Origin: Patescibacteria group bacterium UBA6017
Lineage (GTDB): Bacteria > Patescibacteriota > Saccharimonadia > UBA4664
Direction of reading: 5' to 3'
NCBI GenBank assembly: GCA_002429485.1
Contig: DIZX01000011.1
Span: forward strand, 55,258-119,257
Length of the DNA: 64,000 nucleotides
Below, in pieces: positions 9,865 to 19,384 of this stretch. Position 1 is the stretch's first letter, and each line of letters begins with the position of its first letter. Both the position numbers and the translations under genes were made by a program. Under the pieces are notes generated by a model. The model ran no database searches, had not been told where the DNA came from, and saw nothing but the letters and a program-made list of their open reading frames with translations.

Positions 9865-10257
9865 TTACCCTTGGCTACGGGCATCCGGGTGAACGGTATT
9901 TTCGATATGGTGCTTCAGCTCTGCCCTCGTTCTATCTAATCGACGGCTAATCCGAGTGACCCTGTCAGCCTCCGCAAAATAATCCTCCTCCAGCATTGAT
10001 CGTACCCGCCTGATCTCGCCCCTAACCGAGGCAATACCTGTCTCAAGATCATCCTTTGTAGCCAGCCCGCTCACCGCTACTTGGAGCTCATCTCTCGTGG
10101 CTAGGCCGCTCACCGCTACTTGGAGCTCACCTTTTGTTGACAGGCCGCTCACGACCACCTCAAGCTGATCCTTCGTAGCCAGCCCGCCTACCGCCCCATG
10201 AATAGCATGAGTTACAGTCTCGCCAATCTGGCCTAAATCTTCCTGCGTCAGCGCCAT
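9865..10257 (-). CDS. small cytoplasmic protein containing four tandem 13-aa repeats
   Basis: Repeats LATKDQLEVVVSG / LSTKGELQVAVSG / LATRDELQVAVSG / LATKDDLETGIAS. No signal peptide. Confidence 0.45.
   Translation of the reverse strand: MALTQEDLGQIGETVTHAIHGAVGGLATKDQLEVVVSGLSTKGELQVAVSGLATRDELQVAVSGLATKDDLETGIASVRGEIRRVRSMLEEDYFAEADRVTRISRRLDRTRAELKHHIENTVHPDARSQG
10059..10200. repeat. 39-bp tandem DNA repeats (about 3.5 copies) that encode the 13-aa protein repeats
   Basis: The unit gtagccagcccgctcaccgctacttggagctca... recurs with a 39-bp period. Confidence 0.6.
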
Positions 10258-10344
10258 GATGCACCCCTATTTCTCACTAGTATACCCCGCTCTTATTCCA
10301 CCATCATACCATACAAAAGCCGAACATACAATGGTTCCGAGCAG

Positions 10345-10833
10345 TTACTTTACGACCTCAAGCCCGTTGAACAGCTTGCGCCACTGCTCATCCGAAAGGT
10401 CGCGATCCGGCTTCACAAACATCAAAGTACCCTTCGCATTCATCACCGCCGCCTGCTTTCCCTTCAGATCCTTCGGCCGCGTGAGGTGGACCGTACCGCT
10501 ATCACTGTCGAATTTACTGTACTCGTTCATGTTCGTCACTACCTTGTCGTACACCTGCGGGATATCAATAAAACTTTCCGGGGTTGGCTGCTCGCTCACT
10601 ACTGTCTTAACTCCATACGCCGCAACTGTGAAGCTAAGCAATTTCAGCTTCGAATCATAGATCATCGAGTCTCTCGACACCTCAACCTCGCGCACCTGAG
10701 GCACCATAATCGTCGACGTCACCGCGCGCTTGATCTCCACCGGCACCGGTGGCTTTGGCGCCACCAACATCACCCCGATCACCACCAACCCGATGGTCAC
10801 CAAACTACCTATAATCAACCACAACCGTTTCAT
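10345..10833 (-). CDS. small N-terminally membrane-anchored protein, partner of giant protein A
   Basis: Start at MKRLWLIIGSLVTIGLVVIGVML (transmembrane anchor). The C-terminus DEQWRKLFNGLE resembles the C-terminus YDKWAKLLSSME of the ORF at 31260..31805, which likewise follows a giant gene. Confidence 0.5.
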   Translation of the reverse strand: MKRLWLIIGSLVTIGLVVIGVMLVAPKPPVPVEIKRAVTSTIMVPQVREVEVSRDSMIYDSKLKLLSFTVAAYGVKTVVSEQPTPESFIDIPQVYDKVVTNMNEYSKFDSDSGTVHLTRPKDLKGKQAAVMNAKGTLMFVKPDRDLSDEQWRKLFNGLEVVK

Positions 10834-10934
10834 GTAAGTAGCATAACATGACCCGATATATCGACGAACTTCTAGCGCCGCCAACTAGCGAATATTTATT
10901 TTTATCAGTTAAGGTACTGCCAGGCGTGAGGCGG

Positions 10935-13900
10935 CTACCTGATATTAAGTACAGTTGCTACAGAGCCACGGCAATCATCCGTAGCGGCCGTACAGGTGCT
11001 TGAGAAAGCGGATAGTGCTATTCCCAGCGAACCATATCCATTGGCTGGTGCCGGAATTGCAGCCGCCGTGACCGAATATCCGGCGTTCGTCGTTGCACTA
11101 GACTCCAAATTTTGCTGTATGCTCCCGGCGTCAGCCTTGACGAATGCAGGGCCGGCAGTAGCTATGATGGCGTTGATAGTGTTTGCGGTCGTACCTCCGG
11201 CCGTCACAATGAAGACCCCGCGCATACTTGCCAATCCCAGAGTAAGCGCCGGTCGAGTTACCGCTCCAAGCGTGGCGGTTTGTTGTGCGATCATACCCAA
11301 CGCCGCCGCTGTCGTGATGTTATTCACTAGCTCTTTTGTTGTAGTCGTAAATGTTCTGGTGTCATATATAGCAGTGATCTTAGAGCCGTTCACCTTTAGA
11401 TCTGCCAAACAGAGAATGGGTGCAGTAGTCGAGAATGTAGGCAAGTTATTAGTCTCGGACGTCCCGTCTAGTAGCTGTGGTTGATTTGTACTAGCCGTAT
11501 TCAAACAAACATGCGTAAAGTGTCCGGCCGTTAATGTCACTGTCTGATCGGCAGCCTGAGCTGGCACCACCACACGACGACCATTTGAGTATGCAGTGCA
11601 TCCAGTCCAACGAATCTTGGTATTTACCGATCCCAAGTATATCCTGCAGGGACCAGAGGCGGATAGCGTCCCATTCACTCCGACCCAGTCCCCCGGAGTA
11701 GTGCCGCTATCCGGTACTACTCCGAACATTATCAGCCCAGTGTCCTTAGTGGTCACGACGTCACTCCACGAACCATCTTCACACACCCGGACCGAGGGAG
11801 TATTCGTATTTGTGTTGTAATACAGCGCCCCCTGATTAGTCGTCGCATTACACGTCCCGGTATCGGCAAATACGTTCGATGAATCTAATTGCAGATTATT
11901 TTGGGTCGCATCAGCAGCAGTGGCCGAGCCTATCTGAACATTACCGCCCAAGATCGTGTCACCACCTTGAACGTTCAGGCGAGAAGTTCCGGCATCAGCC
12001 ACCCCGATGCCCACATTATCGATGTACGACACTGTTGGCTTCACAAAGGATGTGGTGTCGGTCGTGTAGACTGCCGAAGTATTCATATTCTCAGAAATAG
12101 CCGTTATGCTTCCAGGGTAACCATTAATGGCCTTTACGTCGATAAAGACATCATTCCCGGTCGATACCCGGTGGACGATCTGGATCCGGTAGCGCGAGTT
12201 GGTAGCATCCCAAGTGACATCCGAGATTGCAAAATTGGCCGATGTTGCACCAGATGCATCGCTATAGCGGGAATCGTTATGCCATATCGTACCCCCGGCA
12301 TTCAAACCCAGATAGAAGGTTTTCTGAACCGCACCACCGGCATCCTGATTGATATAGTTACTCGTTAGAGTGACCTCAATCTCCCCGGCAAACTGCGGTG
12401 CAAAATATAGGTCGAACTTCTGATTTGCCACCCCATTTGTAAACGATTTGGTAAAGGTTCGTTCGGCACTGACGCCGCCAACTACGAGCGCATTACCAAT
12501 ACTGACATTGCTGGTCGTCGTATCAACGTTCAACGCCGTAGACGAACCCGCGCCATTCTTGACCGCAAAAGCGGTGGCGGAGTCGAGGCCAGCGTTTGGC
12601 TGGACCAAGGCCGTTCCGGCGACTACTAAGTTAAGGTTATAAGCAGTGCCCCAAGTATTGACTGCATCGCCCGAGGTAATCCCCATGCGCAGTACTTGAT
12701 CGGTTACGTTTGAGTTCGGACCAATTCCCCAGTTGGCGTTACTTGGCCATTGGCCGGTTATCGAGGCATTTCCGGTCGCAGTCGTCGTCCAGTCATCCAT
12801 ATACAAGAAAGCCGGTGTAGTACTACCACTGGAACTACCGATATGCACTGCATTACCTCCGGTGTCGACCGAAAGAACATTGGCGCCCGATGCATTTTGC
12901 ACCGCAAAGGCGGTGGTGGAGTTACTCGCGTTTCTCACCCTCACATAGCCAGCCGTGGCCGCACCGCCGGTTCCGACCGATCCGCCAGCCAAGGTGATGA
13001 TACCGCCGGCACCGCCTAGGGTGGAGCCGTTACCACCGTTTCCGGCCGTCAGGTTAATGTTGGACCCAGCACCGCCGGTGCCATTGATAGCCGCGCCACC
13101 GTTACCACCCTGCAGTAATAGTGTGCCGGCCGCACCGCCCGTTTCACCACCACTAGCACCAGTGGCTGCCCCGCCGTTACCGGTGGTAAATGAGATGGCC
13201 GAACCGGCCCCAGCCGTAGCACCAGCGGTGCTCGTGGTAGCACCACCATTTGGGCCAAGTACGGTCAGGGCGGCCGTAGCGGCCGTGCCAGCACCGGCCG
13301 AAACAGCTGGAATTCCACCAGTGACATATAGCAAGGAGGCTGGTGAAGACGTACCAATACCTACCAAGCCTGCACTGGTAACTTGGAGACCAATTCGGTG
13401 AATCCGGTAAGCAATACCGGGGTTAGATGATACTGTTTGCGAAGTCGCAGTTGTCATCGTTGTACTGGTCGGAACAGTCAGGATAGTAGCTGTCTGGCCA
13501 GTCGCGAATATGAACTGCTCTCCTATCATAGCCGAGGTCCATGATGTGCCCACACCTGTAATGTTGGTAGTCGACTGATAAGCCGTGCCGGTGCTGTAAT
13601 CCAGCGGGGAGACACTAAAGGTGTTAAGCGGGATGGTTGTGCCGATACCAACGTTCGTTGCCGTATCAACCGAACCGAGCACGATACTATTGCTGGCCTG
13701 CACCTGGGCATAGGCACCGAGGGCGGTGGCGTTTTGGAGGGCAGCACCGGTGGCGAACTGGCCGCCGGAGTCTTGGAAGCCAGCTCTCCTACCTAAGGCG
13801 GTGTTATAGCTGCCGGAGGTATTGTTGCGCAGCGTATCATCGCCTACAGCAGTATTATAAGATCCGGAGGTATTCAATATCATTGAAGCATCCCCAAAAG

Positions 13901-16900
13901 CATTATTTGAGGAACCGATATTATTGGCCTGGAGAGCAAAAGTACCAAAGGCATTATTGTAGCTAGCAGTGGTATTGGCGGTGAGGCTATAAGCGCCAAG
14001 AGCGTTGTTGTGTTGACCAGTGGTGTTGGATGTCAGTGCAGACATACCTGTAGCCGTATTGTCGAAGCCGGTCGTGTTATTCAGCAGCGCGCCCCGGCCA
14101 ATGGCGGTGTTCTCATAGCCAGTCTGGTTAAATTGGAGTGCTCGGGATCCGAGAGCGGTATTGTAATTGCCGGTAGTGTTGGACTGCATACTGTAGCTGC
14201 CGATGGCAGTGTTCTCGAAACCAGTCGTGTTAGCCTGGAGCGTGATGTAGCCCAGGGCGGTATTGCGGTAGCCGGTGGCGTTAGCTTGCCCCGAGTTGAT
14301 GCCTATGAAGTTGTTGCTTGGGTCACTGCTAGCCCGGACTTCGATGTTAGCTACTCCACTGGCGTTCTTAACGGTCAAAGCCGAGTTGGTAATACCGGTA
14401 ATCTGTTTGATGGTGACCCCCGAAATAGTCCCCAGCCAGCTGCCCGTCGGGGTGAAGGACAGTTTGTTGGTGTTAACAGTGTTGACGACGTAGCTGTAGG
14501 TGCCATTACAGTTGTCTCCGGTGATGGCTACACCACCCAAGGTCTGGCCACCAATGGCGGCAGTAACTGATTGAGATGAGTTGCCACAGGCCGTCGGCGT
14601 ACTACTGATATTGAAGCTAACTTGGTATGTAGCCCCACTGGTGATGGCGGCCGTGGTGTTGGTGATGGTGGTTGTACCACTAGTGTGGGTAGCTTGAGTA
14701 GAGGTGGTCACATCCCACCCAGTGGTAGTTCCCCATTGGGTGGCGAAGTTGTTAACCCCCATGAGATCCGCACCTAGGGTGGCTGTGTCGGTACCGGCGC
14801 GTACGGTGAGGGTTTGGTTGGTGGTGTCGACGTTTACTACCGGAACGGCGGTGGCATTTTGAATCTGGAAGGATGTGGCGGAGTTTGAAGCTGCCTTCTG
14901 AGTATAATCACCGTTGAGCGAGATACCGGAGCCCTGAACCTTGAACAGGTTGTCAACTCCGCCGTTGCTGCTCGAGATACCAAAATAAGTGTTAGCGCTG
15001 ATGTCCAAAGTCGACATCACTACTTCGTTCACCCCCAGAGAAGTGACGTTCGTGAATGCCACGAAGGTTGGCGTAAACCACGCCTGCTCCGTAGGCTCAA
15101 TTGTGACATATGTGTTCGAGGCACCAGCACTCGTAGAAGATGCCCGAACATCAATATAAGTTAGATCAAGTACTGTATCGTGTACTACTCTCATCCGGTC
15201 ATAGTCAGAAGTACCATTCTGGTTCAACAGAGATACAGTAGCCGTCGACCCCCAGTCAGCCTGAACTAAGAAGGATCTTGAGTTTGGGGTCATCGTACCG
15301 CCAATAGTCGTCAAAGTAACCTTAGCGGCAAATCGGCCATTGTTGGTCGCTCTTGAAGCAATCCGGTACCAATTGCCGCTAGTATTAGTCTGTGCCACAA
15401 CTCCCGTACTTATCCCCTGTGTCAACAGAATGTCGCTGCTAGTCTGAGCTAGCGTACGATATTTCAGTACGCCGCTATCGTTCGTAACGAACCCGGTATA
15501 AGTAGCGTCATCGGCTGTTTGGGGTACAATCACGCTTCCCGCTACAGTATCGACCGATAAAATGGAGGTACCGGCCGCATTTTGGACCCGGAAAGCAGTG
15601 GTTGAGTCATTTCCAGTAGTAGGCTTCACAAGGGCCGTTCCGGCCACCAGCAGGTTAATGTTGCGGGTGGTACTCCAGTCATTGAGGTTATTGGTCCCGG
15701 TCACGCCAAGCCGCACAGTAGAGTCACCAGCATTTGAGTTAGACCCTAGCCCCCAGGAGTTCATGCTGTTCCATTGTCCTACAATGCTGGCGTTACCGGC
15801 GGCATTGCTACTAGCATCGTTCAGGAGTAAGTAAGCCGGTGTAGCAGTACCAGTGCTATTAATTCCAATAACTACCTTATTATTGGAAGTATCAACTGCG
15901 AGAACATTAGCAGCCGAGGCATTTTGGACTTGGAATGCGGTGACGGAATTGGTATTACTCTTAGCAATAATCGAAGCGCTGGCGCTATTGGTGCTTAAGT
16001 TTAAGTTGCCAGTCCCGGCGTTTACGTTGACGGCCGTTGCACCAGTGGTATTACCAAGAGTAATCGTGCCGACATTAGCCGTTCCGATACTTATTGCCCC
16101 GTTCGCCGTCGCGCCGGTACCGGCATCAATCACTACGTTACCGCCGGTGCGGGTACCACTCGCCCCGGTAGCGTTGCCGCCCTGTAGTGTCAATACACCA
16201 CCGACGGCAGTGGTAGTACCGCTTTCGTTACCAGCCCTAAGGGTCAGGGCTGCTCCGGTAGCTGCCGCCGAAGTATTATTCCCCGGCTGAAACACCAAGG
16301 CCGTCGGAGCCGTCCCGGCCAAGGTGGTAATGTCGGCCGTTTGGGCTCCCGCCAAGGTTAAGGCTCCCAGGTTGTCTATTTTGAACTTCGACACTCCGTT
16401 GGCCTGGAGGTCTAGGAAAGCCCCCGAGGCAAACGAGCCCGAACCGTTGGCTACGTTCACTAGCAAAGCCGTGCCGGTGTAGGCTGAGGTGGACTGGCTC
16501 ACACTCAGTAAGGTAGCGCTGGTGGCCCCGGTATTTGAGGTGGTGATGTTGCCCGCATTCTGGGTTTGCTGAATATCTACCGCCTGAGCCGCCGTGCCAC
16601 TCGTCCCCTTCACGGTCAGACCCACTACGCTGTTGACTGTCGGCGTAATGGTGTTTTGGGCAGTCGAGGTGGGGGCTTGGAGAATACACGTGATACAGGT
16701 GTTGGCCGACCCGGCGTTCACCGCGTACACTGCACTGCCTATCCGGCGCATCGGCAGCATTTCCCCGTCCGGCGTACAGCTCGAGAAGGGCGTGCAACTG
16801 GAAGTCGTGTTGGCGCCGCCCGCGATGTTCGTAGACAGCCACAGCACCGGCTGGTTGAGGTCAATCCCCACTAAAGTCGTGATTGAGCCCAAATTCACGG

Positions 16901-17279
16901 AGAAGTAACCGTTCTTCACTGTCACTCCGTTACTGGCATTATTTAACCATTCTTCAGTCCACTGCAAAGTACCAGCCGTGCTCTGACAATCTGGCAGGGT
17001 TGCACAGGCACTATCGGTGGCCACCAACCCATCACCATTCTTGTAGATCTTGAACTGCATATTGTAATTTCCATCAGCAACAACGGCCCCAGCCGCGTTC
17101 AGCAGCCGACCCTGGTAGTTCACTTTATTGTTGATGCCAGCGCTCGGGGCCACGGCCTGCGCCGGACTAGCCGGCACTATCCCACTCAAGCCAAATAGCC
17201 CGACCAGTGTCAGGAGCGGTGCTATACGTGAGATAAATGTTTGGACTCTTCGCCTGAAAATTAGGCTCGAAATGATCAC
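10935..17279 (-). CDS. giant secreted surface protein A (2114 aa) with YadA-head-like 14-residue repeats
   Basis: Signal peptide. Its N-terminal domain is shared with giant B (QGRL.NA.G..V.DGNYN.QFKIY...GTLQWTEEWL...NLGSIT). It has a long run of 14-aa N-T-A-x-G repeats (NTAIGSYSMQSNTTGNYNTALGSRAL...) and repeated NVLAVDTSNNKVVIGI-type segments. Confidence 0.75.
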   Translation of the reverse strand: MIISSLIFRRRVQTFISRIAPLLTLVGLFGLSGIVPASPAQAVAPSAGINNKVNYQGRLLNAAGAVVADGNYNMQFKIYKNGDGLVATDSACATLPDCQSTAGTLQWTEEWLNNASNGVTVKNGYFSVNLGSITTLVGIDLNQPVLWLSTNIAGGANTTSSCTPFSSCTPDGEMLPMRRIGSAVYAVNAGSANTCITCILQAPTSTAQNTITPTVNSVVGLTVKGTSGTAAQAVDIQQTQNAGNITTSNTGATSATLLSVSQSTSAYTGTALLVNVANGSGSFASGAFLDLQANGVSKFKIDNLGALTLAGAQTADITTLAGTAPTALVFQPGNNTSAAATGAALTLRAGNESGTTTAVGGVLTLQGGNATGASGTRTGGNVVIDAGTGATANGAISIGTANVGTITLGNTTGATAVNVNAGTGNLNLSTNSASASIIAKSNTNSVTAFQVQNASAANVLAVDTSNNKVVIGINSTGTATPAYLLLNDASSNAAGNASIVGQWNSMNSWGLGSNSNAGDSTVRLGVTGTNNLNDWSTTRNINLLVAGTALVKPTTGNDSTTAFRVQNAAGTSILSVDTVAGSVIVPQTADDATYTGFVTNDSGVLKYRTLAQTSSDILLTQGISTGVVAQTNTSGNWYRIASRATNNGRFAAKVTLTTIGGTMTPNSRSFLVQADWGSTATVSLLNQNGTSDYDRMRVVHDTVLDLTYIDVRASSTSAGASNTYVTIEPTEQAWFTPTFVAFTNVTSLGVNEVVMSTLDISANTYFGISSSNGGVDNLFKVQGSGISLNGDYTQKAASNSATSFQIQNATAVPVVNVDTTNQTLTVRAGTDTATLGADLMGVNNFATQWGTTTGWDVTTSTQATHTSGTTTITNTTAAITSGATYQVSFNISSTPTACGNSSQSVTAAIGGQTLGGVAITGDNCNGTYSYVVNTVNTNKLSFTPTGSWLGTISGVTIKQITGITNSALTVKNASGVANIEVRASSDPSNNFIGINSGQANATGYRNTALGYITLQANTTGFENTAIGSYSMQSNTTGNYNTALGSRALQFNQTGYENTAIGRGALLNNTTGFDNTATGMSALTSNTTGQHNNALGAYSLTANTTASYNNAFGTFALQANNIGSSNNAFGDASMILNTSGSYNTAVGDDTLRNNTSGSYNTALGRRAGFQDSGGQFATGAALQNATALGAYAQVQASNSIVLGSVDTATNVGIGTTIPLNTFSVSPLDYSTGTAYQSTTNITGVGTSWTSAMIGEQFIFATGQTATILTVPTSTTMTTATSQTVSSNPGIAYRIHRIGLQVTSAGLVGIGTSSPASLLYVTGGIPAVSAGAGTAATAALTVLGPNGGATTSTAGATAGAGSAISFTTGNGGAATGASGGETGGAAGTLLLQGGNGGAAINGTGGAGSNINLTAGNGGNGSTLGGAGGIITLAGGSVGTGGAATAGYVRVRNASNSTTAFAVQNASGANVLSVDTGGNAVHIGSSSGSTTPAFLYMDDWTTTATGNASITGQWPSNANWGIGPNSNVTDQVLRMGITSGDAVNTWGTAYNLNLVVAGTALVQPNAGLDSATAFAVKNGAGSSTALNVDTTTSNVSIGNALVVGGVSAERTFTKSFTNGVANQKFDLYFAPQFAGEIEVTLTSNYINQDAGGAVQKTFYLGLNAGGTIWHNDSRYSDASGATSANFAISDVTWDATNSRYRIQIVHRVSTGNDVFIDVKAINGYPGSITAISENMNTSAVYTTDTTSFVKPTVSYIDNVGIGVADAGTSRLNVQGGDTILGGNVQIGSATAADATQNNLQLDSSNVFADTGTCNATTNQGALYYNTNTNTPSVRVCEDGSWSDVVTTKDTGLIMFGVVPDSGTTPGDWVGVNGTLSASGPCRIYLGSVNTKIRWTGCTAYSNGRRVVVPAQAADQTVTLTAGHFTHVCLNTASTNQPQLLDGTSETNNLPTFSTTAPILCLADLKVNGSKITAIYDTRTFTTTTKELVNNITTAAALGMIAQQTATLGAVTRPALTLGLASMRGVFIVTAGGTTANTINAIIATAGPAFVKADAGSIQQNLESSATTNAGYSVTAAAIPAPANGYGSLGIALSAFSSTCTAATDDCRGSVATVLNIR
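13780..14330. repeat. roughly 42-bp periodic coding repeats (the YadA-head-like / Hep_Hag-like 14-aa repeat array) inside giant gene A
   Basis: About 13 iterations of an N-[TY]-A-[LIA]-G ... [AS]-N-T-[TS]-G unit in the translation. Coordinates are approximate. Confidence 0.5.
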
Positions 17280-17372
17280 TTCTCACATATAGCTTATGCT
17301 ACATATAATATCAAAATGAATAAGTATACACAAGCATTAACACCTGTCAAAACTTGTTATTTTGAGCTGACA

Positions 17373-18329
17373 TCACACGCCCTGGACGTTCTGCTTTCTA
17401 AGCTTGCTAATCTCCCGCCGTTCGCCGAGCCAGAAGAAAATTACCATCACCAATGCCAACAGATACAGCGGCCAAGCTGTGAGTAAAATCCCCGGCAATG
17501 CCCCCAGTCCTTCACCCTTGGTTCCCCCCGATGAATTCACCGGGCCGTTCACTACCGTAATCATTTGCAGGAAAGCTCCGTTGCCCTGCGCATCCGTGAC
17601 CCGCAAAATCACCCGATACGTCCCCGGCCGATCATACACATGCTTACTTGCCACTTGACCGTCTGCACCCTGGCTCACCAGCGTGGTATTACCGTCGCCC
17701 CAATCCCAACTCACCGCGTACGGCGGAACACCGCCCACGATCGTCGCCGAACGACCCGCCTCCTGGCCTGGATTCACCCCGAGCACAGTAGTACTGACCT
17801 CCAGAAACAACTGACGTCCAGTGGAGCCGCCGGGTAAATTCAAGCTTGGTGCGTCATAAAACACGTTGACTGCCGCCGAATCGGGCCCAAACTGCCCCAA
17901 AGCATCCGACACCTTAGCAACCAGCACATTTGAACCATCAAATAAATCAATTAGTAACGAAAATGTACCATCGGTATCGCACGGCGTCACGCCGCCAAAT
18001 ACGCCATTCTTCGTAATATTCACAAACGTATTTGCCGGACATGTCCCGGAAACGGTAATCGGAATGGTGCCCGTACGAGTGCCGGTACGCGGGCTCACAA
18101 TCACCGCCGCCGTAGTCGGTGCCGGACCCCTCACTGTCCCGCTCAATCCCACCGAACCCGACTGCGGATTCACCGCCGGAGTTGCTGCCTGAGTGGCCAG
18201 GCTCGAACCGAGCAATAAAATGCCTACCAAAATCAAGGCAAAAAACAACCCGGGATACGAGGTATGGCGATGGTGCCGTACCTTCCCGGAATGTTCATGG
18301 GGCACGAGCTGTAGTAAACCGGCTTTCAT
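17373..18329 (-). CDS. PKD-domain membrane protein with two transmembrane helices
   Basis: N-terminal and C-terminal hydrophobic helices. PKD signature WDWGDGNTT...HVYDRPGTYRVILRVTDAQGN. The tail WLGERRE is shared with the ORF at 47016..47996. Confidence 0.65.
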   Translation of the reverse strand: MKAGLLQLVPHEHSGKVRHHRHTSYPGLFFALILVGILLLGSSLATQAATPAVNPQSGSVGLSGTVRGPAPTTAAVIVSPRTGTRTGTIPITVSGTCPANTFVNITKNGVFGGVTPCDTDGTFSLLIDLFDGSNVLVAKVSDALGQFGPDSAAVNVFYDAPSLNLPGGSTGRQLFLEVSTTVLGVNPGQEAGRSATIVGGVPPYAVSWDWGDGNTTLVSQGADGQVASKHVYDRPGTYRVILRVTDAQGNGAFLQMITVVNGPVNSSGGTKGEGLGALPGILLTAWPLYLLALVMVIFFWLGERREISKLRKQNVQGV

Positions 18330-18352
18330 GCCTTTAGTTTAGCACAAACGTA

Positions 18353-19345
18353 TTACCGGTGTCGGCGAGCTTGCGCAATGATGTGATCGTTGTAGCGGCG
18401 CAAGGCCATCTTGAGTACGAAGAAGAGGACAATCAGGCCAATCAGTCCGAGCAGAATCAGCTTCCACGGAATTACCCAGAACCCGATTTTGCCCGTAAGC
18501 GTCTTGCCGCTCGAGTAGTTCAATACCAACGCCGCCGTATAGTGACCAAATAATTGCTTATTGCTCAGACTACTCTCAAACCGGCGCACACTGTCCGGTA
18601 GCACATTGCCACCCTTCTCATTCACCGCTACAGATCCAATTTTCTTACCAAACGTATCTTTAACTTCAATTGCCCCCGTCACCTTCTCGTGAACGCTACC
18701 CTCGTTGCGAACGCGCACCAGGAAGTCGACCGGGCCGTGTTCAAAAAAGCTTTGCTTACTAAACACTACTGGTGATACCTGCATACCAGAAGTAAATTCT
18801 GCCAAACTCACCTTTTCGGTGATAATACCGCTGACTTTGAGCAAGATCAACGCCCCGACACTAGCTGACAGAGCCACGCCTGCGCCCGCTAGGTTCGGAG
18901 GCACGGCCGTAAACCGCACAACCCCAAAGTGACCGCCCGGCTCTGCGTTAGCCGGCACGACGATCTTTATAGTGGTGGTCTTGAGGTCCCCAGGGGCCAA
19001 TTGTAGGTCAGGTACGGTCTGGATCCAATATTTCAATGAAAAGTGCGTTGAACCAGTTTCGTCGAGGAGTAATTTCGGTTGGCCGCTCTCGTCTGATCCG
19101 GCACCAAAATCATCCGCCTTCCCTTTGGCTATCAACTCCCCTTGAGTCACGTTGCGCACACGGATACTGGCCGTCACAGTCTGGCCTGGGTTAGCTGACA
19201 ATTCCATCACCGGCGGAGAAATCTCCAGACCCTGACCAGGCGAACCAGCATCAGCCGCATTAGCTGTAGCAGCCCCAAACAAAGGACCGGCCGCCAATAG
19301 GCAGGTCATCAATCCGAAAACAGCATTCTTGTACCACTTACTCAT
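18353..19345 (-). CDS. membrane-tethered protein with two Ig-like domains (Ig-TM1); candidate chaperone-like or DUF916-like component
   Basis: Signal peptide, about 260 aa of predicted beta-rich ectodomain, then a C-terminal transmembrane segment and basic tail (WVIPWKLILLGLIGLIVLFFVLKMALRRYNDH...). The motif GGHFGVVRFTAVPP followed by the alternating-hydrophobic VALSASVGALILLKV recalls the F1/G1 region of PapD-type chaperones. The architecture also matches WxL-locus DUF916/DUF3324 proteins. Confidence 0.6.
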   Translation of the reverse strand: MSKWYKNAVFGLMTCLLAAGPLFGAATANAADAGSPGQGLEISPPVMELSANPGQTVTASIRVRNVTQGELIAKGKADDFGAGSDESGQPKLLLDETGSTHFSLKYWIQTVPDLQLAPGDLKTTTIKIVVPANAEPGGHFGVVRFTAVPPNLAGAGVALSASVGALILLKVSGIITEKVSLAEFTSGMQVSPVVFSKQSFFEHGPVDFLVRVRNEGSVHEKVTGAIEVKDTFGKKIGSVAVNEKGGNVLPDSVRRFESSLSNKQLFGHYTAALVLNYSSGKTLTGKIGFWVIPWKLILLGLIGLIVLFFVLKMALRRYNDHIIAQARRHR

Positions 19346-19384
19346 TGCAATTAGTGTATAGCATAAGTTTAATAATACGAAAAG

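Noticed and set aside
8050-9900. Search for a canonical parS (TGTTTCACGTGAAACA) around parAB
   Set aside because: I found no 16-bp match or near-match by eye in the parAB flanks, so no parS feature is reported.
13780-14330. Regularly spaced repeats that could be mistaken for a CRISPR array
   Set aside because: The units are imperfect, in frame, and encode the 14-aa Hep_Hag-like protein repeats. There are no spacer-like unique segments and no cas genes.
12955-16290. Numerous Pro/Ala/Val-rich ORFs (for example 12955..13401 +, 15853..16290 +, 16276..16842 -) within giant gene A
   Set aside because: They are antisense or off-frame products of the Gly/Thr/Ala-rich repeat-coding DNA. The 2114-aa minus-strand reading frame is continuous and has a signal peptide.
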